NCBI RefSeq assembly: GCF_001194135.2
Contig: NC_068985.1
Coordinates: forward strand, 31,616,968 to 31,672,910
Origin: Octopus bimaculoides
Lineage: Eukaryota
Direction of reading: 5' to 3'
Length of the DNA: 55,943 bases
The translations under genes were made by a program, and so were the position numbers. Below, piece after piece: positions 38,181 through 51,354 of the stretch (its first letter is position 1; each line of letters begins with the position of its first letter). Below the pieces are notes generated by a model that had not been told where the DNA came from, did not search any database, and worked only from the letters and a program-made list of their open reading frames with translations.

Positions 38181-38600
38181 TTCTAATCAAAATATGAAGC
38201 CTTATTTCAGCAGGTAGTTAATAATTTTTACATTCTGTTGTATTGGAATAACACTGGCTCGAGGAACTTGGAAAGGGAACCATGAAAATATTGACAAGAA
38301 TTTAGCATTATTGATTGCCAGCGCTAAAGTAGCATCATGAGATAATGCATTTGTGGTACCATCAAGTAGATATCAATGTCAAATGAACATCTTATTCTTT
38401 AAAAATCAAAACTAAATTTTTCATTGGACTCCAGGTATAACCTTTGATGAGGTATATGGGAGAAATTAGAACTATTAAGTAACTGCCAACATTGGATAAC
38501 TCTGTATTTCTATTGATTCTTACAGTGACACATAATTGTTGCATTTCCCATTTCTACATAAAAATAAATTTACAACAGATCTATAAAACTGTGTCTGACT
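38181..38600 (+). pseudogene. Pseudogenised coding exon of the peptide family (copy 4)
   Basis: Acceptor tttcag at 38179-80, ATG at 38194: MKPYFSR*LIIFTFCCIGITLA...AS*DNAFVVPSSRYQ...QN* with in-frame stops. The 3'UTR closely matches copy 1 (ggataactc...ttgattcttaca.tgacacata). AATAAA at 38563-68. Confidence 0.82.
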
Positions 38601-39229
38601 AATATGATGGTTGTAAAACCAGGAGCTTGCTTATTTATCACATTTTGTGCTGAATAACATCCAAAAGACAATCGCTAGTTCATTACATTTATGATAGTGA
38701 GAGTGACAAGGGAGCATCTGTGCAACTTTGGTAGTATAAATACTAAGGATATTTTCAGTCAAAAGCACCACTTTATTGGTTTTCTTGTTGATACTTAAGA
38801 ATAAGATCACAACAATGGCAGTATCAGTAGACTAAATACAGAAAGTAACAATTTAGATTTCTGTCTAAAATAAAAATCCCTGTATGTATATACATGTGTG
38901 GGGGTAGAGTGTATGTGTGTGTGTGCTTAATGGATAGTATAGTGCAGTGAAAAGGAGAGATTCATTGTTATACAGTACAGTGAATAGAAAAAAGAATTAG
39001 GATAGAGATGAGCGATAGATGAATGAGAGAAAGAGAGATGATTGACAGCAAAATGACTGACAGTGAAGTGAAAGACCAAGATGAGTGACAGTAAAAGGGA
39101 TGCTAGAAGGATGAGTGAGAAAGAAATGAGAGGGAGAGAGATGAGTGGTTGAGATGAATGATAGATAGGTAAGTGGATCAGGCAGCAGATACAGACTCAA
39201 TGGGGATATATTGGGTGAGAGACCCGAAA

Positions 39230-39600
39230 TAAAGATATATTAGACCTCCCAACCTTCAGTACCATCACTATTTCAACATTCTTTTCACTATACTTGTATG
39301 GTTGGATAGATCCTCTCCAGCAGTAAATGTTGCCAACCATCATATCCACTTGACACCTCCTCCAAGATGCTCAGCATACTGAAATCAGTCTTCACTCCAT
39401 CATCCCAAGTCTTCCTGGGACTCCCTCTTCTACAGGTTCCATCCACTTTAAGCATTCCACACTTCTTCATGTAACTGTTATCTTCCATACACATATGCAG
39501 TCTTCTGCCTTGCCCACTACCATGCAGCATGACATTTTATACACAAGCACCATACAGAAACTGTTTGTTACCAGTAGAGACAGTAGCACCCTGAACTTCC
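39230..39600 (-). mobile_element. Degenerate RTE C-terminal fragment
   Basis: VDGTCRRGSPRKTWDDGVKTD in ORF 39288-39530. Confidence 0.6.
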
Positions 39601-40125
39601 TCTAATCTGTTCTTCTGGCTACTATCTTTCAAAGCACCCACCTCCACTACTAACTAGGTTGCAGAAACTTTAATAATTCTCTGATTTGAAGGAATTGGCA
39701 AAATATTTTGAGAGAATTCATTTCACATGTGCTCCTAGTGTTTGCTACACTTGAGAATTTACCACAAATAAAATCTACCTTCCCCATTAGTCTGCCTCTG
39801 ATTCCACAACACCTTTTGTGTGTCCATTAGTTTACACTGAGCACACTTGTTGGAATTTCTACCTTCTCCTTTTCTGCAAATTCAGCATTTCATAGATTAT
39901 ATTTTTATGATAAAAATATAATCTTTTTAGTTTTATTTTTTTCACATGTTTCTGAGTGAATAGGAGCAGGCATGGCTGTGTGGTTAAGAAGCTTGCTTCT
40001 CAACTGCATGGTTTCAAATTCAGTCCCACTGAGTGGCATCTTATTAAGCATTTTTTCTTCTATAGGCCTGGAGCAACAACCGATGCCTTACAAGTGAAGT
40101 TGGTAGACAGAATATGAGAGAAGCT

Positions 40126-40201
<76 letters not shown>

Positions 40202-41084
40202 ATTGCTATCTCTTTGTCTTGATTTCACATGGCTGTTACAAACAAGCACTGTCATCGTAGAAACCATATCCTTTATTTCCATTCTTCCATGAAAGTATGT
40301 CTAGCAATGTGGAAATATTGCCTTACGTGACAAGAGGTGAAGGTTTTTGGCAGGAAGGGCATCTAGCTGTAGAAAACCTGCCTCAAGAACTTCTGTCTAA
40401 CTCATATGAGCATGGAAAAGTGGACATTAAAATGGTGACAATGTTTCTGTATATTCACCACATTTTGTCAAATTGCTAAAGTAAGCATTATCTTAAGTCT
40501 ATAATAATACATAAATTGAAAGAGAGGTCTATTTTCCAGTGAGAACAATTAAAACAAGGTACTGCACATTGTAAAAGAAACTAAATACAGGGGTTGTGAA
40601 TCACAATCGATTCAAGCATTCTTTAAGAACAATTAAGCCATGAAAAATAATTTTGAATACTCCTGCCTGTCATCTCCTTTCTCCATAATCACCAACTCAA
40701 GTAAGGAAAAAAATCTATAAAGATAACAACATCACTACACTGAAAGGAAAAATACTCATTTTAGGACCTTACAATGGTACATGATGGTAGTGATAGTGAA
40801 TTAGAGAGTTTCAAAATTCAGTGAGATTCTAATAAATACTTGGTCTTAATAGATTATATAAGAGTAAGTCAGTTTGATGAAACTCATCCTACACCAAGCT
40901 TTAAACTGTAGTAGGATGGTAACTGATAGAACACTAATGAACAATTCTTTGATCAGCTTCTTTTACTTAATAGATCTACTTGAACAAATCTGACAGAGTT
41001 ACTTAGCAATAGCAAGTTCCAATTAACTGAGAAAAATATGTGAATTATACTGCACTTTTCTCAAACCTCTTGACCGATCAATAC

Positions 41085-41456
41085 ACATGGCACTCCGTCG
41101 GTTATAACGACGAGGGTTCCAGTTGATCTGATCAACAGAACAGCCTGCTTGTGAAATTAATGTGCAAGTGGCTGAGCACTCCACAGACATACGTAGTTCT
41201 CAGGGGGATTCAGTGTAACACTGAATGTGACAAAGCTGGCCCTTTGAAATACAGGTACAAGAGAAACAGGAAGCAAGAGTGAGAGAAAGTTGTGGTGAAA
41301 GAGTACAGCAGGGTTTGCCACCACCCCCTGCTGGAGCCTCGTGGAGCTTTAGGTGTTTTCACTCAATAAACACTCACAGCGCCCGGTCTGGGAATCAAAA
41401 CCGTGATCCTACAACTGTGAGTCTGCTGCCCAAACCGCTGGGCCATTGCGCTTCCA
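41085..41456 (-). mobile_element. tRNA-derived SINE, relatively young
   Basis: Minus-strand head ggaagcgcaatggcccagcggtt...ggttttgattccc; it interrupts a block homologous to about 16.9 kb. Confidence 0.8.
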
Positions 41457-42229
41457 CATGGATCAGTAGAGAAGTTAAATGAAAGACTATCTCTTTTACA
41501 ATTTCTACCCTACTTTAGGAATCTTCTTTTTTTTTTTTTCCAAACAGATTTATGATTAATCAAAGCTGGAGGTCTCTTATTTTCTTGTGGTAGGGTTAAT
41601 TATGAATTAAGTGGTAATCATAGTAAACTATAGACTGCAAAGATGTCCACCATCTTTCTTGAAAATTAGTTTTACTAGTGAATGAGATTCCTGCAACCAA
41701 CTACATTGTTGGTAAATATGATATTTTTCAATAGTTTCTAATCACATCTCCAAATATCCCTTTAATTCTTTTAACACATTTAGCTTTTCTAAATATTTCA
41801 CTTTTTAATGAAAAAAAATAGGCATCAGAGGGGCAATGCATATCCTGCGTGCAGATAAATTTTTTCACAAATCATAGTGTGTCTTAGCCATGCTTTTTAA
41901 TTGAACTGAATTAATTTTTTTTTTAAGTATCATCATTATAAGTATTTATACTCTGGTGAAATTACGAAATCAACTTGTAAATAAACGAAACTCTCAAATC
42001 CATCACTGTACACACGCACCCACACACAGAGTTGCATATCTGTGTATGTATGCATGTATGTATGTGCGTATGTATGTACCTACTTGTGTCTACGCGCATA
42101 GATACACCATGATCTATACACATGCAGATGAAAGTCGATTCATATGAAAAAGAAAGTAAGCAAAATAGTATGACCACTTGCTTATCGGGAAATTTGTGAG
42201 TTCGATTTTAAAAAATTTTTTCCTTTCTT

Positions 42230-42395
42230 AAATAATCAAACCAAATGTTCGCTTTGAGCCACTCATCTGATGAGTATTTCTGCCAAATGTGGTCAAAATC
42301 TGTTCAGCTGTTTTCCAGTAATTTTGCAAGCACAGACAAACAGACAAAGACAAGTGATTACAATACCCTGCTTTCGCTTACAAGTGCAGGGTAAA
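42230..42395 (+). mobile_element. Possible DINE/HINE-like (Helentron-derived) non-autonomous element end
   Basis: caaaatctgttcagctg...(cagacaaa)n...aataccctgc-loop-gcagggtaaa terminal hairpin (42365-71 / 42386-92). Confidence 0.4.
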
Positions 42396-42912
42396 CATGT
42401 GTGTGTGTGTGTTTAAGTGTATGTGTGTGAGAGAATGTGTGTGAGAGAATGTGTGTGTGTGTTGGTGCCATTTAAAAAGCACCTAGTACATTCTGTAAAT
42501 TAGTAAGCATTAGGTAGGGCAGCCAGCTGTAGTAACCAAGCAAAAATCAGACTATGGAACCCGGTGAGGCTCCTGACCTCGTAAGTTCCAGTCAAACTGT
42601 TCATGAGGTTAGAAGTAGGTGTAGGGGTAAATTTGAAACCTTTCAATAAAAGATTAATTTCATTTTTGTTGAGGTTTCTTTTCAACATATTTATAATTTT
42701 AGGGTGTATATGTTCTATGGGTTTATTTAAATTGCTTGTTTTACTGGATCTGAGGCCCAGTTGTAGTATGTTCTCACAAAAAAGGAGTTGTAATATTACA
42801 TCCCCATTTCATGTTTCTGGAGTTCTTGCTTCTCAGTAGGTGAGAAAATATTGCAGATTCTATTTGCATTACATTACTTATAGTGTATGCCTCCTTTCCA
42901 TCCACTTTTATG

Positions 42913-42973
<61 letters not shown>

Positions 42974-43311
42974 GTATGTATGTATATATATATATATATA
43001 ATAATATTAGGGACAAAATCTAAAATTACAGGTAAAAACTCAATTCAAATCAATTTATAAAAAATTAAAATTAAATTGAGCTTTATAGATTATAATATAT
43101 AAAAATATATAGTTTTAGGGAAAAGAACCAAGTTTCAAGAACTCATCAATGAAAATCCACTATCACATATAGAAAAATTAATAATTAAAAGCACAATAAA
43201 TGAGTATAATATAAAACAAAGTAAATATCATAAGATAAAGATAGTATATATGTGAAGTATATTTGCCACTTAAATGCGGCTAAACCCTACGGGTGAATGA
43301 TGAGTTTAGAT

Positions 43312-43633
43312 CAGGCCTGACCAACTCGACTTACATTGTGGGCCACTTTAATCACAGGAAGTTTTTTGAGGGCCGCTTGTACACTTTATGCACTAATAGT
43401 CAAATAATCAAATTACAGAATTGAGAATTTTTCATACTTTTTGTTTGTTTAAAATGATAAAATTGTAGGCTATTGCTTTATCGCCACTTATAAATTTAAA
43501 ATTTATTTTGAAACAAATGTTTTACACAATCAATTGAAATTAAACACAATACTTCAAGAAAGTATGAAGCGGACCACACGATAAAAGTCTGTAGGCTGCA
43601 TGCAGCCTGCAGGCCTCAGATTAACGAGCCTTG
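43312..43633. mobile_element. hAT-like MITE
   Basis: Perfect 8-bp TSD GTTTAGAT (43304-11, 43634-41), degenerate CAGG.. ends. Confidence 0.7.
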
Positions 43634-44809
43634 GTTTAGATAATAAACAAACTAAGAAACATCTCATAGTATTCTGAAGCTACGACCCTAAAGTTGATGC
43701 AGATACAACATAGCTACTTCACAGAGAGAGAACAAAAGGAATGGTACAAATTGACAGCCAGTACAAAGTAACAACAACTGAGGTAGAAAAATATCAAGAC
43801 GCAAGCAAATGGAAACAAATTAATGTGAAGGAAACAAAAAGTTAATTCTCTATAGATAAGGAAACAAACAAACCAGAAACTAACTACACTGGGGAGGAAA
43901 TAGATTTAGATAAGGACAAAACAACAGAAAGAGAGAGTAGGAAGAAAAACCTCTTCATGGCCAATACCCTGCACTGACTGACTCAACAAAGATGATATAG
44001 ATAAGAGTAAAAGCTGACAACAGCTATAAGGGTCTGAACTAAAAGTAAAAATGACAAGTTTGGTGTACAGGGTCAATGCTTAGTCAGAAATAACTATGAA
44101 AAATGAAAAAGTGGCTAACATAAGTCAGTGGGACATCTGATAACACCATTTTTGTGAAAATCAGTATATTCCTTGATATAGTTGTGTCAACAGCTATGTC
44201 CAGTGGACAAAAACAAAACCAAGTACAGTACATAACAACAATTTGGCTACAATTATCTAGAACATATAGGCTCAAATTAACATGGGGATTAGGGTGAACT
44301 GCCCAAGGATAATTATCAAGGATTACAATGAAAATATCTACATTCAGAAAAACATGATCAAAAGGTTGTTTGGAGGCACAATCAAAGTTCAAGGAACTTG
44401 AAGTGGAAATAATGTAGGGTAAGAAAGTAAAACAGTACCAATAATAACTGGAACAGTAAGTAGTGATAAAGAAGAGCATCAACATAAGCAGGTGCAGCCA
44501 ACAACCCACACACTACACAAAACATTTTCAATTCAGTAAGGTAACTTGTGCAGTACCATCTCTGCACAATTCAAACAACAAAAACTTGAAACAATTATCA
44601 CTTCATAAAATAACACAACACATACTCTGCAGAATCACTACTCAATAATATATCACAACTTAGTTGGTGTTGCAGATTAAAAAGTTACATGCATCACAGA
44701 ACTCCAGTAGCCTGGTTCCCTCTTCATTTCAGGAACCAATACCGTGGCCCCCGTGTACACTAATCAAGATACTGGATTGCTGTCCAACATGACCATTAAA
44801 ATCTCCAGC

Positions 44810-45594
44810 CACAAAAATGAGAGAAATGTTGGACATAAGAAGCATCGGATGTGGCGTGCAACAGAGACGTCTGCGCTGGTATGGTCATGTGCTACAGATG
44901 GATGAGCAGAGCTGTGTGAAGGAGTGCCAATCCCGAACAGTGGAAGGAACACGTGGTAGAGGGAGACCCAGGAAGACATGGGATGAGGTGGTGAAGCATG
45001 ACCGTCAAACGTTGGGCCTCACAGAGACAATGACGAAAGACTGAGACCTCTGGAGATATGCTGTGACTGCGGGGACCCGGCAAATAAAGTGAGATCACAG
45101 CTGTAGCCCACACCAGTGTCGCATAACCAGCCCACTCAAAAAGTACCTTTGGATCATAGGGTGACATGCATTGCTTGAGGAGACCAATTGAGTCAAGTAC
45201 ATCATCAACATTAAAATCAAATCAAACCACAATCAAATGGAAATTGTAGCTGTGGCTGATGCCAGCACTGCCTGTCTGGCTCCCTGTGCTGATGGCATGT
45301 AAAAAGCACCATCCGAATGTGGCTGATACCGGCGCTGCCTAGAATGACTCCCATGCTGGTGGCATGTAAAAGCACCATCCAAATGTGGTTGATGCCAGCC
45401 CCCTCTGGCTCCTGTGCCGGTGGCATGTAAAAAGCACCCACTACACTCTAGGAGTGATTGGCGTTAGGAAGGGCATCCAGCTGTAGAAACACTGCCAGAT
45501 CAGATTGTAGCCTGGTGCAGCCTCCTGGCTTCCCGTCCAACTCATGCCAGCATGGAAAACTGATGTTAAATGATGATGATGATGATGATGATGA
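44810..45594 (+). mobile_element. RTE LINE 3' end
   Basis: RRLRWYGHVLQMDEQSCVK...GRGRPRKTWDEVVKHD, three 60-66 bp UTR repeats (45250-45440), (GAT)n tail. Confidence 0.88.
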
Positions 45595-46575
45595 ACTTAC
45601 ACTACCCATACTCTAAACTAGGTATGAGGAAGCATTTTAGTAGAAGGGGAACATGAATGAGTGCTTCTATGCTCAGAAAATTAATTAATTGGAAGCATCT
45701 TATATTAAATTACTGTTTTAGTCTTAAGGAAGAGTATTTTTCTTTCATTTTAAAAATGTTGTTAGAGTGTCTTTTCAAATTTGCAAGTTTCTAATAAGGA
45801 GACTGTATATTTACATACTTATAAACCAGTATCATATAGATTATTGCATATATCAAATCATTAGATATTATTAAACATAAAAGTATGCTAATTTTTATTA
45901 CTATTGCTTCTTAAATCATTTTTTTAAAACAGGAGCATATGTTTATATAAATATGTGGCTATATAAAAATTCATTAGATATTAGTGGATATGTACATGTG
46001 TTTCTATGTGTATATAAGCAATGTAGGTATATAAATTTAGTTAAGTGTGCATCAACAATTATTTTAGTACATATATTAGGTTAAGCATGTAAAATTAAAT
46101 ATTTAAGTTCATGGTGCTTGGATATAAGTGCCTAATATAAACATTGTGTGTTACCACAAATAAAAACAATACAATCCTGAATTTTTATCTTAATGACTCT
46201 AGGCAACTTTTGCAAGTATTACAAGTTGTGAGTCAAGAAAAAAACAAGATGTAAAAATCATATGATCTATATATCTATAGAGTAGAAGAAATATGAGGAA
46301 GGAATGGATTGTAAGAAGTGGGAAGTGTTTGGGAAGTGAGAGAAAGATGGAGGAAGATTAAAAATCACAGATAAATGTGCAGGAGGAGAAAAAGAAGAGC
46401 AATTGATGCTTCATCCAAAGAAAGAGGAGGGACAGAAGGTATAGAGGAGGGAATTATATGATTGGCACTGTTTCAATCACTGTGATAAGGCTAGCTTGGA
46501 AATTGTTGCTGTTAATGTTGCTGGATATTGTTCAAAAGAAATTAACTTATTTGTCATTGCGCAAGTAGTCACAAG

Positions 46576-46835
46576 AGGTGGGGACAAATGAAGAGAAAAT
46601 TAAATATATCACCACATGTCTGCAAGACTTATAGAGGAGGCGGATGTAATTGAGGTAATACATACTGAAGGCGTATGCTGATGCAGATGTATATAAATAT
46701 CAGCTACGTTGAAACTTTCATTAAAGGCTCCCACATAATATAGGAGAAAAAAGGAAAGTTGCTGCAATATTGCAACAGAAAAGTAACAATTATTGCAGTT
46801 TGATCTTAGAATCTCTCCACCATCAATCAGTAAGT
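46576..46835 (+). promoter_or_regulatory. Third promoter plus non-coding exon 1 (about 46720-46829), no coding exon found in the window
   Basis: TATATAAA at 46690, TCATT A at 46720 (30 nt), donor CA|GTAAGT at 46830. Most similar to the copy 1 module. Confidence 0.68.
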
Positions 46836-48011
46836 TACTTTTTATTTATTATCAGACTCAACTTCAGTTAAAACAAAGACTTTTTCCACAGCAATCAACC
46901 ACAAGCATTCACATTTTATCCAGTGATGTAACAACATTTAATGCATATATGAGGTAATATCTGCTTAATCTGAAACTAAAAGTAAACAGTGTTTTGTTTG
47001 CTTGTTTGTTTGTTTTTATAATGTTGTAGTTTGTTTTATCTCACAGATGTTGCAGTGAGAGACATCGTTCTCTTCATTGTACAGCATAGCATGTAAATCA
47101 TACTTTTAAAATCTTCAGCAAACTTTTTCTTTATACTCTCTGTAAATTTTACAATGCTTTAATTAAAAACAATGTTTTAATTAAAAATGTTCTTCAACCA
47201 AATAAATGTTCATTCCCATAAGACATGTATATTTAAAGCATGTTAACCTGATAAGTCCTAACCCTCACAAAACAATACATACCACAATATGTATTCTCAT
47301 TTCTGAAATCTAATGAACTGGCAGTCAATTACATGGCTCTCATACAATTTAGAACAATGGACTGTACCTCACCAGAGTGACCACACACAGCAGGTGGATT
47401 GTACCAGATAGAGTTAAGTTTCTTTTCTTTTTCCAGACACACAGTACAACAATGAAAAGATCTGGACTGCTGACCATTTGGGCTAATGATTCACACATTT
47501 TGAACCCTGGCTGAAACAACATTCCTTTCAATCTTTAAATCATAAATATATATATATAACAATTATTTATGCCTTCCAAGAAGATGAGAATTTAATATGG
47601 GAGTCTGTCAATAACAACACTTTAAGTATTTTATTTAGAATAACTACAATGAACATGATAATAAATAAAACTGCACAAAATGTGCAGTAATAGTTGATAT
47701 CCTGCTTCAAATAAACAACACATACATTTGGAAATTTAAAATATCTACATTCCATTGCACAAACTCACTAGAAGCATAAACCATGTGGCAGACCATGTGT
47801 CTATAGAGTGAACAATTCTATATTCTTTTACTTGTTTCAGTCATTTGACTGCAGCCATGCTGGAGCACCGCCTTTAGTCGAATAAATTGACCTTTGTAAG
47901 CCTAGTACTTATTCTATTGGTCTCTCTTGCCAAACCACTAAATTATGGGGACATAAACACACGAATATTGGTTGTCAAGTGATGGTGGGGGACAAGCAGA
48001 CACACACACAC

Positions 48012-48098
<87 letters not shown>

Positions 48099-48809
48099 AC
48101 GGGCTTCTTTCAGTTTCTGTCTACCAAATCCACTCACAAGGCTTTGGTCATTCCAAGGCTATAGTAGAAGACTTAAGGTGCCACACAGTGTGACTGAACC
48201 TGGAACCATGTGGTTGGGAAGCAAGCTTCTTACCACACAGAACATATCAGAGCATATTTAGAAAATATGAATATATTTGTTTTAATGGATATCTTAAAAG
48301 TAGATTAATAGGGTAAAAAAATCAGGATGGTCATAGCTGGAACGTTTTTAATCATAACTCTATTTGATCAGGATTATAACAACAACAACCTCAATATTTC
48401 ACAGGCACTTAGCTCATCCATCCAAGATAGATGAAATACAAATTTAATTCCTGGCATAAAAATGATTAAACACAAAAACGCATTAGTCTAATAGTCTACA
48501 GTATCTACCAGCTTACTGCTTCTATATACAGTTTATTCAAAAAATCCTGCTTTAAATTTCCATATATAACACACAAGGATGAGGGATTTCAAGAATCATT
48601 AGAATGTTGGAAAAATGCTTTGTGACATTTATTCCAGATCTTCACATTCTGAGGTTAATTTTACCTTTCATCTTTCGAAGTTGATTAAAATATAGTACCA
48701 GCCAAGTACTGGTGTTTATGGCATCAAAAATTCCCCTCTCCACAAATTTCAGACCTTGTGCCTAAACTAGAAATAATACATAAAATACTTTTATAAAAAT
48801 GATGGTATA

Positions 48810-49015
48810 CAGTAATCCCTCACCATATCACAATTTATTATTTAAGCTTATGTTGATTCCTCCATGGTGTTGTATTGCATTTATAAAATAAATATATAGA
48901 AATTATAAAAATAATTTAAAAAAATATACAGTACAGTACTGTTTCTACTTCGCAGATCTTCACCTATCACAGGGGGTTTTGGAACGTAACACCCCCGGTA
49001 GTCAAGGGATTACTG
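48810..49015. mobile_element. Tigger/pogo-like MITE
   Basis: TA|CAGTAATCCCT...AGGGATTACTG|TA. Confidence 0.8.
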
Positions 49016-50117
49016 TATTTTTTAAAGACTAAGTAGTAGAAAAAAATCTCAATAACACTCATTTATTATTAGATAAGGCTATGTCAGATAAGTGACATTG
49101 TAGATTGTAGTAAATCAGTAAATGATTTATCAATGGATAATGAACATTACAGCATCATTGAATTGGTTAACCATCAGATAGAGTTATTTAATTCACCATT
49201 ACATATTGATAATGTAATTACTAACATGCAACATTCTGCAACACTTGATACCTCTACACATGAATCCAATAAGTCTGTATTCTTGTGTGAACACCAACAA
49301 ATACCCTAGCATATGTAAACAAATAGAAAATAGAATATTTCTAACAATAATGAATATACAATCACAATAAGATGGACTATATAGTTTATTTGCTAATTAA
49401 CTTCACGAGATATCGAAGATGATATATCAATGGTCAATATTAGGAGGTTTTGCATATCTTGGAAGGGAATGGATGTCATGAGATTATAAATAGAACTTGG
49501 TTAACACGGAAGAATATAAGAGACAGTTATTTTGGATTCTTTAGTTAAGCAATTATACCACTATTATAACTAGATCAATTATATGGGTAAAATGACTGAA
49601 TATATAACTCACCTACTAAAGAACATCTATAATAATCTACCAATTCAATAATCAGATCATTGATCCTGATAGAATATGCTGTAAAACTGCCTGATCAGCA
49701 AATAGTAAACATATCACTTTGATGTAGTTTACTCTATACAGTGTGTAAAATATAACAATTTTTATTGAAGCAGTATCATCTACCAGTTAAAGTTATATAA
49801 ATGACAGCTTCATTTGCTAAATAGCATCTCAGCAGCTGCCAGAATAAGGTAATTATATTTTCTAGAAAGCCTTTTTATGTATATTTTTTCAGTCACAGAT
49901 TAACATTTGACATGAACTTCTGTGATAAACAATTTACTGCAGGATTTGAACACAGTATCCCAGGCATTCTTGTTATGCTGTGCATCTCTACATATGTTAT
50001 GATAATAGTTTTGATAATTGTTAAAAGTTTGCTTCTTGTTTCAAATGCTTAAGTTTCAGATTAAGGATGATTATTAAAGCCAAAATAGTGAATTAATTTA
50101 TTTTAAAAAGCTATGTA

Positions 50118-50382
50118 CAGTAATACCTCACCTTACGAGGACCTGCTTTACAAGACCCTGGGTTTAAGAGTTTTATTTTACAATAAATATAAAAAGGTTA
50201 AACAACCATTTTGTGCATGTGGCAACACTGGTTCTGATGCATCTACACAGCTGCATATAGCGATGGAGTAAAATGACAGCATAAAATTTCATTGCTATGG
50301 GAAATTATGGCTTTGCTTTACAAGTTTTCACTTTACAAGCAGTCTCTGGAAACAAATTAACTTGTATATTGAGGCGTTACTG
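50118..50382. mobile_element. Tigger/pogo-like MITE
   Basis: TA|CAGTAATACCTC...GAGGCGTTACTG|TA. Confidence 0.75.
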
Positions 50383-51354
50383 TATTATGTGAGTTTTAGT
50401 CCCTATTTCTCTATAGTATCTCTTCTGTTTCTAATGATACTAAACTCTATGGATACTTCTATTATTGTCATACATCAATACACAGACATTCACTAATGTC
50501 TCAACACTGAAGGTTGTGTCAAAATTATTTTAAAATTTGTTTTCATGGGGACTTTATATTATTTAGGTAGGACTAAAATCAAGACCTTTACTTCAAATGT
50601 TTAAAATGTCAACACTACATTAGAAATAAAATTATCATTTCAATCCCTACCAAAATTATATAGATGTATAGAGTAAAAATCTACATACGAGTAAGTACGT
50701 GGTTTTGAATGTATGTGTGTGATATGTATGTGTGTGATATGTGACGGGAAAGATAACTGGAAAAGAGTATAAATGAAATATAGAGTAAATTCAAAAAGAA
50801 AAGGTGAGATTAAAAGTCTGTAAAGTTTCATACTGCTCTAGTAAAAGTTCCAGCATTCAGTAATACATTAAAAATGCTTTCTATACAACAAAATCCATTA
50901 ATTGATGATATCTTGAGCAATAAATATGCTTGTTTGAAGGGCTGAAGGTATTTACTGCAACATTAAAAATATCAGCTGGATATCATACCAGATGAGATTA
51001 TTCAAATATATTGCAACATCTATTTTATGGCAGTGATTAATATTTTTCTTGAAATTACAATTTTTTAAATTGTACATGTGTTTTCACATTTTAAATGTTT
51101 ATGCACACAGCCTTCAACATTTTACAAGGGTAAGCCAGAAAGTAATGCAAATAAAAATTGCATTTTTTTGTGACTCACCCTTCTATGTAGTATAATGTAG
51201 AAAAATATTGTCACTGAACATTGAAGGAAAATTCTGAAATAATCATCAACTAAATAATCTTGAAGATAATTTATATCTTCCAAAATGAAATAAATTTCCA
51301 AGTTATTACAGATTTTAGAAACTAACTTTCTGAATTGTTTGTAAGTGGATGTCA

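Noticed and set aside
43120-43165. Minus-strand UUGAUGA...GAAAC, a possible third hammerhead
   Set aside because: Stem I and stem III pairing could not be built.
44084-44509. 141-aa hydrophobic minus-strand ORF
   Set aside because: No recognisable domain or splice context; probably antisense to an A-rich decayed LINE.
50950-51110. aatatttttcttga..ttacaat, resembling the peptide gene 3'UTR
   Set aside because: Short AT-rich match with no upstream signal-peptide exon or acceptor; likely chance.
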